Of a stretch of DNA of 64,000 bases, positions 10,248-16,848 are shown piece after piece (position 1 is the stretch's first letter; each line of letters opens with the position of its first letter). The position numbers and the translations under genes were made by a program. Below the pieces are notes generated by a model, which saw nothing but the letters and a program-made list of their open reading frames with translations, made no database searches and had not been told where the DNA came from. The DNA comes from a bacterium. GTDB taxonomy: Bacteria > Auribacterota > UBA3054. Location: NCBI GenBank assembly GCA_017650925.1, contig JAGCDY010000063.1, positions 1,729 to 65,728 on the forward strand, given 5' to 3'.

Positions 10248-11791
10248 CGAAAACGCTTCAAGACTTCAAGCGGCTTTTCACAAAGCACGCGATGGGACTG
10301 CCATTGACGGCGCTCCTGTCCGTTTTCATAGGCAGGCTTCTGCCCTTTTTCCGCTGGATGCTCCACTCCGCCTTTCTGACCTCGCAAAAGAGGGGGATCG
10401 ACGACGAGGAGCACTTCCCGGTGATCTTCCTGAACGTCATTGCGAAGCACATCCTGTTCTACCTTGTGATGATCGTTCTTTTCTTCCTTCTCATACTCGC
10501 TCTTCTGTTTTTGACCGGCGTTTTCGTAGTTCTCGGCAACATGGCCGGGCAACTGTATCTTTTTTTGCTCCTTTTGCTCCTGCTGGTCGTTTTGATCTTT
10601 TTCTTTTTTCATCCTCTGTCCTTTTTTGTGACCTATTCCTGGGAGCTGGAGGAGAAAGGGTTCGCGGGCGATCTTAAACTTCTGCTGTCGTACGTTGTCC
10701 ATTATTTCAAAAGGCCTTTCGCGCATCTCTTTTTCAGCGTAAAGTGCTACTGCCTTTATTTACTCGGGCTTTTCTGTGTCCTTGTTCCGCTGGTTTTGCT
10801 TTTGCCGTTCATTTACCTCATAAACGCCCACGCCGCCTGGTACAGGGCGGGGATGGTCGCCGGGTTTTCCCTGGTCTTGCTCGGGATGGGCATCGTCGCC
10901 GCCAACGTGGTCTTCCTGATGTACATTTGTCCCTTCATTTCTTTTGTGACGCTGAAGCTTTACGAGCCTCTAGCCCCGAAGAGCGCGAGAAGTCAGGAAG
11001 TTTTGCCGCTTCCTGGTGGCGGCGAAACGCATTTTTGGAAGCTGACGGTCTCCTACGACGGGACGAAGTTCTGCGGATGGCAGTATCAGATAGGCGCCAG
11101 GACGGTCCAGGGCGAGCTGACGGACGCGCTAAGGAAGCTTCTTAGGGAAAACATAACCCTGACGGCTTCCAGCCGGACTGATTCCGGCGTCCACGCCCTC
11201 GGCCAGACGGTCTCCTTCGGGACGTCCAGAGACATTCCCGCTGAGAAGCTTTTGAAGGGCCTGAACAGCTTCGTGCCCGAGGACATCTCGGTAACGAAAG
11301 TCGAAACGGTAGACGCGTCCTTCCATCCGACCTTCAACGCCTTCGGCAAGCACTACCGCTATTGCGTTTACACGGCTGACAGCGACGACGTCATGACCAG
11401 GAAATACCATTACTGGATCAGGCGCGATTTCGATATCGAAGCGATGCGCGCCGCCGCCGCCGTGATGGTCGGGGAAAGGGAGTTCAAGGGTCTTCAGGTC
11501 AAGTCCGGAAAGCCGAACGAAGCTACGCTGCGCCTCGTGACGGCCGTTGAAATTAATTGCTCCGGCAGCGAGATAGCGATCGACATTTTCGGCAAGGGCT
11601 TCATGTACAAGCAGGTCCGCTCCATGGTCGGGCTTCTTCTCGCGGTCGGCGAAGGCAGGGTCAAAGTTGAAGAAGTCGACGCCCTCTGCTCAGGCGAGGC
11701 CAAATGCCGCATGACGAGCGTGGCGCCGCCCCAGGGCCTGACGCTCGTCAAAGTCTATTATTCTAAGGAAGAATTCGAGGCGAGGTCGTGA
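10244..11791 (+). CDS. truA: tRNA pseudouridine(38-40) synthase TruA with an N-terminal ~240-aa polytopic membrane domain in the same frame
   Basis: The C-terminal ~270 aa carry the TruA signature (WKLTVSYDGTKFCGWQ...RTDSGVHALGQ, with the catalytic Asp in RTDSGVH). The N-terminal part contains ~8 hydrophobic helices. There is no in-frame stop between them, and the ATG at 10244 overlaps the upstream stop. Confidence 0.7.
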   Translation: MTKTLQDFKRLFTKHAMGLPLTALLSVFIGRLLPFFRWMLHSAFLTSQKRGIDDEEHFPVIFLNVIAKHILFYLVMIVLFFLLILALLFLTGVFVVLGNMAGQLYLFLLLLLLLVVLIFFFFHPLSFFVTYSWELEEKGFAGDLKLLLSYVVHYFKRPFAHLFFSVKCYCLYLLGLFCVLVPLVLLLPFIYLINAHAAWYRAGMVAGFSLVLLGMGIVAANVVFLMYICPFISFVTLKLYEPLAPKSARSQEVLPLPGGGETHFWKLTVSYDGTKFCGWQYQIGARTVQGELTDALRKLLRENITLTASSRTDSGVHALGQTVSFGTSRDIPAEKLLKGLNSFVPEDISVTKVETVDASFHPTFNAFGKHYRYCVYTADSDDVMTRKYHYWIRRDFDIEAMRAAAAVMVGEREFKGLQVKSGKPNEATLRLVTAVEINCSGSEIAIDIFGKGFMYKQVRSMVGLLLAVGEGRVKVEEVDALCSGEAKCRMTSVAPPQGLTLVKVYYSKEEFEARS

Positions 11792-12582
11792 TGAGGAATT
11801 TTTTCGTCAGTCTCATCCCCGCGGGTCTTTGCGGAAAGATTTTCCGTTTCTTCGCCACCATAAAACGGCCCACTTTTTTTGCGCGCTTTCTGATCAGCCG
11901 TTTCGCCAAGCTCTATTCCATCGACGTTCGATTGGCGGACGTTCCGGAGAGGGGCTTCTCCGATTTGCTGGAATTCTTCTTGAGGGAGCCCAAACCCGAG
12001 GCGCGTCCCGTTGACGCCGATCCAGACGGTCTCGTGACGCCCACGGAATCGCTGCTCTCCCAAATGGGCTTCGTCTCGGAAAAGGAGATCCTCGTCGTGA
12101 AAGGGGAGAAGTGCTCTTTTGAAACTCTGATGGGAAGGGACTGCGCCGCTTACGAAGGCGGGCTTTACGCCATCCTCTATCTTTCGCCCGCGGACTTTCA
12201 CAGGATCTACGCGCCCTGCGACGCCAGACTTCTGGGAGCCGAACTGATCAGGGGCGCGAAGAAGCCGGTCTTCCTTTCCTGGGTCGAGAAGCACCCCGAT
12301 GTCTTCGTGACGAACCAGAGAGTCGTCATGGAATTCGACACGGGCCGCGGCCGCTTCATCATGGCGGCGGTGGGCGCCCTCAACGTCGGCGAGATAACGA
12401 CCAAGTTCCCGCTTCCCAGCGCGGGCGGCTTCGAGGCCAGGAAAGGACGCGAGATCGCGGCTTTCGAGTTCGGCTCGACTGTCGTCATCGCCTTCGAAAA
12501 GGACCGCTTCCAGTGGGCGGAGACCGCTTCCTTGGGAAGCAAGATCCTCCTGGGCCAGGCCTTGGCCAGGGCGAGGGGTTGA
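11788..12582 (+). CDS. psd: Phosphatidylserine decarboxylase proenzyme
   Basis: Internal FGSTV, a GST-type self-cleavage site (LGST-like), plus conserved psd blocks (FHRIYAP...GAELIRG). Confidence 0.7.
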   Translation: MMRNFFVSLIPAGLCGKIFRFFATIKRPTFFARFLISRFAKLYSIDVRLADVPERGFSDLLEFFLREPKPEARPVDADPDGLVTPTESLLSQMGFVSEKEILVVKGEKCSFETLMGRDCAAYEGGLYAILYLSPADFHRIYAPCDARLLGAELIRGAKKPVFLSWVEKHPDVFVTNQRVVMEFDTGRGRFIMAAVGALNVGEITTKFPLPSAGGFEARKGREIAAFEFGSTVVIAFEKDRFQWAETASLGSKILLGQALARARG

Positions 12583-12609
12583 CAAAAAGATACGCCATTG
12601 GGTACAATG
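12581..12609 (+). promoter_or_regulatory. Sigma70-type promoter: TTGACA, 17 nt, TACAAT
   Basis: TTGACA at 12581-12586, a 17-nt spacer, and TACAAT at 12604-12609, read directly from the sequence. Confidence 0.5.
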
Positions 12610-12615
12610 AGGAGA

Positions 12616-12884
12616 CAATGAAATAGGCAATTGCGCTCAGGCATCTCTATTTAGGCAAAAAAGGAGGTGATGTGTCAGCTAAAATCTGGCCGTGGGATGC
12701 CAATTCGGGTGGTTTGCAAGATAGATTGAAGGGGTCCTAGCGATCCCGTAGCCCTAGGTAGGAAAGGAAAGACTTTCCTGGGGACAAAGACATATGAATA
12801 ACGAAACTGTTGTTATCAGCGGCGGACTTCAAGTCAACTTCTGATATTGGAAAATGGGCCTCCCGATGCGGGGGGCCTTTTTTT
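12616..12884 (+). ncRNA. Candidate noncoding RNA or long leader of unknown class, bounded by a promoter and a terminator
   Basis: About 270 nt with no ORF of 60 aa or more. It starts just downstream of a consensus promoter and ends in a strong terminator 30 nt before the next gene's RBS. Local hairpins include ggaaag/ctttcc. One possible 19-22 aa mini-ORF follows an AGGAGGTG Shine-Dalgarno at poor spacing. No tmRNA, RNase P or SRP signature motifs were found. Confidence 0.3.
12856..12884 (+). terminator. Rho-independent terminator
   Basis: GC-rich stem (gggcctccc / gggggcc) followed by TTTTTTT. Confidence 0.6.
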
Positions 12885-12921
12885 GATATGATATTAGGAC
12901 AACCAAATTAAAAAGGGAACC

Positions 12922-13836
12922 ATGAAAAAACTCTTTTATCTAGTTATCGCGGCTTTCGTGCTTTGCGCCTGCAAGAGCGCCCCCAAGGGCGAAGCGAAAG
13001 CCGCCGCAAAGCCCGCCATGAAGGTCGGCATCCAGCTCTATTCCTTGAGAGGTGACTGTGAAAAGGATCTGGAGGGCGTATTGAAGGCCCTTGGCGAAGC
13101 GGGCTACGACGGCGTCGAGCTGGCCGGCTTCTACCAGTACAGCCCGGAAGAATTCAAAGCTCTCTGCGACAAATACGGGCTCAAGATCATTTCCGCCCAC
13201 GTCGGCAGGGACGAACTGATAAAGGATCCCGAAGGACAGGCGAAACTCTACGCTTCCCTGGGCTGCAAATACATCGCGCTGCCCTGGGCCGACCGCAGGA
13301 TGGACCTGCCGGCCGCTCCCGGATACAATTTCTATCTTGACGACCTGAGGAAGATCTCCGAAGCCTGCCAAAAAGAGGGGATAAAGCTTTTGTACCACAG
13401 CCATGACTTCGAGTTCGAGAAACTTGAGGGCAAAGACCTCATCGACATTCTCCTGGACGACTGCGGCAAAGATGTGCTGAAGTCCGAGCTGGACACCTGC
13501 TGGTGCCACGTGGCCGGAACCGATCCCTCCGCCTTCCTAAGGTCGCACAAGGGCCTCTGCCCCCTGGTCCACTTCAAGGATTACGTCGGAACCCCCGGCG
13601 GCAACATGTACGCCCTGATCGGCAAAGCGGAAAAAGAAGGAGCCAAGAGCGAGACCTTCGAGTACCGCCCTGTCGGAGAAGGCAAGCTCGACCTTCTCGG
13701 CATGCTTAAGGCCGCCAAAGAGAGCGGCACCAAATGGGTGATAATAGAGCAGGACGAACCGAGCGAAGGCATGACATCCATAAAGTGCGCCAAAATGAGC
13801 ATCAAAAACGTCAGGAACGCTCTCAAAAAACTTTGA
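12922..13836 (+). CDS. Xylose-isomerase-like TIM-barrel protein (sugar phosphate isomerase/epimerase family), lipoprotein paralogue
   Basis: MKKLFYLVIAAFVLCAC, a signal peptide plus lipobox. The same barrel motifs as 9477..10247 are present (GIQLYSLRGD...GYDGVELAG...HSHDFE). Confidence 0.6.
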   Translation: MKKLFYLVIAAFVLCACKSAPKGEAKAAAKPAMKVGIQLYSLRGDCEKDLEGVLKALGEAGYDGVELAGFYQYSPEEFKALCDKYGLKIISAHVGRDELIKDPEGQAKLYASLGCKYIALPWADRRMDLPAAPGYNFYLDDLRKISEACQKEGIKLLYHSHDFEFEKLEGKDLIDILLDDCGKDVLKSELDTCWCHVAGTDPSAFLRSHKGLCPLVHFKDYVGTPGGNMYALIGKAEKEGAKSETFEYRPVGEGKLDLLGMLKAAKESGTKWVIIEQDEPSEGMTSIKCAKMSIKNVRNALKKL

Positions 13837-13865
13837 TCAGTTAATCAACCCCAAAACATAAATTC

Positions 13866-14543
13866 GTGAAAAAATATTTTCTCCTTATCTGTGCGGCTAT
13901 TTTTGTTTCCGCCTGTTCCTACAGCCCTTACAACGACAACTACTACCGCTCCCAGAACAGCCCGACGCACGTGGGCAAAACCGTTGACCGTCCCGAGCTC
14001 ATCGACTGCGAAGAGGCCAGCGACCAGCTTTTGTACCGCATCTACACCGGCAAAGGCTACGATCCGATAGGACATGCGGCTTTCATATATGACAAGAGCT
14101 TCATGAAGGACAACCTCAGCGAGCTTTACGAGAAGGCCGTGGAAGTCAAAGCCGACCTTGTCACCTATACCGTCAAGAAAGTCAGCACCCTGCACGAGAA
14201 AGAGTCGCACAAGGTCGACCTTTACGAATACCGCGCCATCTTCTGGCAGAAGAGCGAATACACGCCGAGGTTAGGCGGCGAGTGCCGCAGCTTGACGGAT
14301 GAGGAAGCGACCAGGTACGGCGTCAACGGCATCCTTGTCACCGCGCTTCTTCCCAACGGCGCCGGCTTCAAAGGCGACGTCAGAGTAGGCGACATCATCA
14401 CCTATGTCAACGGCCAGCAGATGGCGAGCCTGCAGATCTTCCGCGACGCCATCACCAAATACAGCGGCAAGACCGTGACCGTCACCGTCCTGAGGAACGG
14501 CCAGAGCGTCGACACCGTGGTCAAACTCGACCCTGTCATGTAA
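13866..14543 (+). CDS. PDZ-domain lipoprotein
   Basis: Signal peptide plus lipobox (FVSACS). The C-terminal PDZ-like segment reads GILVTALLPNGAGFKGDVRVGDIITYVNGQ. Confidence 0.5.
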   Translation: MKKYFLLICAAIFVSACSYSPYNDNYYRSQNSPTHVGKTVDRPELIDCEEASDQLLYRIYTGKGYDPIGHAAFIYDKSFMKDNLSELYEKAVEVKADLVTYTVKKVSTLHEKESHKVDLYEYRAIFWQKSEYTPRLGGECRSLTDEEATRYGVNGILVTALLPNGAGFKGDVRVGDIITYVNGQQMASLQIFRDAITKYSGKTVTVTVLRNGQSVDTVVKLDPVM

Positions 14544-15373
14544 TGCTGAAAATTGGCTGTCATCTTTCCTCCGCGGGAGGGTACATGGCTATGCTTGCGG
14601 ATGCCGTCGCGATCAAAGCCTCGACCTTCCAGTTCTTCACAAGGAACCCAAGGGGCGGCAGCGCCAAAGCGAGGGACCTTGAGGACGAGAGGAAGTTTGT
14701 CAGCGAAAGGGAGGGGGCCGGGATAGAAGCTATATTGGCCCACGCCCCCTACACCCTGAATCCCTGTTCGGCCGACCCGGGCGTCAGGGATTTCGCTTTG
14801 CGCGTCATGGTTGACGACATGGAGCGCCTCGAGGGCGTGCCTGGCAGCTTGTACGTCTTCCATCCCGGCAGCCATGTCGGTCAGGGGATAGAGAAGGGCA
14901 TAGAGCTCATCGCGGAATTTCTTAATAAGATCCTGAAGTCCGAGCAGTCGACTTTCGTGATGCTCGAGACCATGGCCGGCAAAGGCAGCGAAGTGGGAAG
15001 CCGCTTCGAGGAATTGAGGGCGATAATCGACCGCGTTTCCCTCAAGGAAAAACTCGGCGTCTGCCTTGACACCTGCCACGTCAGCGACGCCGGCTACGAC
15101 ATCACAGGGGATCTCGAGGGCGTCTTGAAACATTTCGATTCCGTCATCGGCCTTGGACGTTTGAGAGCCATTCACATCAACGACAGCAAAAACCCTCTCG
15201 GTTCGCACAAGGACCGCCACGCGCCCATAGGCGAGGGAACGCTTGGAATGAAAACTTTCGAATCGGTCGTCAATCATCCCGCTTTGCGGGATCTGCCTTT
15301 CTTTTTGGAAACGCCCAACGAACTCCCCGGCTACGCCAAGGAGATCGCGCTTCTGAGAACGCTCGCAAAATAG
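14543..15373 (+). CDS. nfo: Endonuclease IV (AP endonuclease family 2)
   Basis: MLKIGCHLSSAGG...FHPGSH...LETMAGKGSEVG...LDTCHV, with the Nfo metal-binding His/Asp/Glu pattern. Confidence 0.85.
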   Translation: MLKIGCHLSSAGGYMAMLADAVAIKASTFQFFTRNPRGGSAKARDLEDERKFVSEREGAGIEAILAHAPYTLNPCSADPGVRDFALRVMVDDMERLEGVPGSLYVFHPGSHVGQGIEKGIELIAEFLNKILKSEQSTFVMLETMAGKGSEVGSRFEELRAIIDRVSLKEKLGVCLDTCHVSDAGYDITGDLEGVLKHFDSVIGLGRLRAIHINDSKNPLGSHKDRHAPIGEGTLGMKTFESVVNHPALRDLPFFLETPNELPGYAKEIALLRTLAK

Positions 15374-15376
15374 CCT

Positions 15377-16009
15377 TTATTCTTCAGCGAAGGCCTGGCA
15401 GAACAATTTCAGGACGTCGTTGCCGGATATTTTCACCGTGGCTTTGCCTTTGGAGCTGACCTTGATGCTGAAGTTGCTGAAATAGATTTTTCCCTTGTAG
15501 ACGTAGTTCTTGCCTTTCTTGGTCAGCGGGAAGGAGTGGACGTACGCGTCCGAATTGTATTCGGCTTTGAAATTGTAGGTGTAGGCGTCCATGGGCGGGC
15601 CGTAGGAGACCGTGCCGTTCATGGAGATCGCGCCTTTTTCGGGCAGAACGGAATAGTCGTGGCTAAGGGAATGGCAGGAAAATTCGAATCCTGTCTTGGA
15701 GGTCTTAACGGAGTAAGTCAGTTTTTGATTCTTCGGGGACAAAGTCACGCCGTCTTTCTTGTCTCCGGCGACGATCTTCTTGGCATCTTCCGAATAAGCG
15801 GCGGAAAAATTCGGCCCCAGCTCGCTGGCGAGAAGGTAAAAGTTGTCGCCCCCTTCGATGGCCGTCAGGATGTCCCCGGAAACGTCCCCGCTAAGGGTGA
15901 CGGTCTGCTTAATTTTCGAGAAGGCCAAATAATCCGCGAAAACGCTGGTCGCGGCCTCGGAAACGCCCGAAAAGAACACTATGAGCGCGAGAAAGATTAT
16001 TTTTTTCAT
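15377..16009 (-). CDS. Secreted hypothetical protein, paralogue A
   Basis: Signal peptide MKKIIFLALIVFFSGVSEA. Shares blocks with the next gene (FPLTKKGKNYVYKGKI; IKVSSKGKATVKISG). Confidence 0.5.
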   Translation of the reverse strand: MKKIIFLALIVFFSGVSEAATSVFADYLAFSKIKQTVTLSGDVSGDILTAIEGGDNFYLLASELGPNFSAAYSEDAKKIVAGDKKDGVTLSPKNQKLTYSVKTSKTGFEFSCHSLSHDYSVLPEKGAISMNGTVSYGPPMDAYTYNFKAEYNSDAYVHSFPLTKKGKNYVYKGKIYFSNFSIKVSSKGKATVKISGNDVLKLFCQAFAEE

Positions 16010-16049
16010 GACAAAGCCCCTGTTTAGATTAGAGAAAATATGTTACGGC

Positions 16050-16682
16050 TCAGTCCGGAATGATCTCAACGCTGGTCTCCAATATCTCGTCCATGGCTTT
16101 CAGCTTCATGGTTAGGTTGCCCTTGGAGGTCAGCTTGACGTCGTAGTTGATGTCGCCGATCTTCTGTTTGCAGACGTAATTGTTGCCCTGCTTGGCGAGG
16201 GGGAATTCCCCGACGTAGGGAGAGGGCCCGAAGAAATAGGTGAAGGTCGCCATCTCCGCTTCCATGAGCGCGGACTGCAGAACGCCGCTGGAAGTTATGG
16301 AAACGGAAGAGGGGTTGACGTAGTTTTCCAGTCCCGCGACATGGATCGCCAAGCCCAACTTGGCGTTCTTGCCGATTATTTTGGAGACGACTTTCTGCTG
16401 CTTGGTGGTGTACTTGACCGAGCATTTGCCGACTTTGCCGAAGAGGACGTTCTCGGCTCTGCCCTTCACTTCCGCGTTGATGGAAACGGTCAGGTTGGTG
16501 GGGCAGAGGCAGAGCAGGGCGCCGGTGGAGATGCTGTTCATCATGGCGTTGTCCAGCGCCGCCTTGATAACGGCGGTCTGCTTGCAGGTCTGGAAGGAGA
16601 GGACCTGCGTTTCAGGCGGGTGGTAGGAGGCGCCGGCGGCGAAGGCCGCGGCGGCTATGACGAATAAGAGTAATTTTTTCAC
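16050..16682 (-). CDS. Secreted hypothetical protein, paralogue B
   Basis: Likely GTG start at 16682 with an AAGGAG Shine-Dalgarno 7 nt upstream (VKKLLLFVIAAAAFAAGA signal peptide). The ORF-track start at 16763 is probably too far upstream. Blocks FPLAKQGNNYVCKQKI and VKLTSKGNLTMKLKA align to paralogue A. Confidence 0.5.
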   Translation of the reverse strand: MKKLLLFVIAAAAFAAGASYHPPETQVLSFQTCKQTAVIKAALDNAMMNSISTGALLCLCPTNLTVSINAEVKGRAENVLFGKVGKCSVKYTTKQQKVVSKIIGKNAKLGLAIHVAGLENYVNPSSVSITSSGVLQSALMEAEMATFTYFFGPSPYVGEFPLAKQGNNYVCKQKIGDINYDVKLTSKGNLTMKLKAMDEILETSVEIIPD

Positions 16683-16848
16683 GATGATGCTCCTTTTGTT
16701 ACGTTTCCTTAAAATGTTACCAATATGTCCCGTATTTTTCAACAAGATGAGGGTCGCTGTCATTGTTTTAAAACGGACTTTTTGGTATCATCTCTTAATA
16801 ATATTTTTTTATCAATCAACCTTAAGTTAACCTTTACAAAGGAAAATT

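Noticed and set aside
12616-12884. The noncoding unit considered as tmRNA, RNase P RNA, SRP RNA or 6S RNA.
   Set aside because: It has no 5'-GGGG / 3'-GGTTCGA-ACCA tRNA-like ends, no AGGAAAGUCCGG P4 element and no GGUGCUGUU / AGCAGCC SRP motifs. The local ggaaagga resemblance to SRP helix 8 is too weak. It is therefore left unclassified, not forced into a family.
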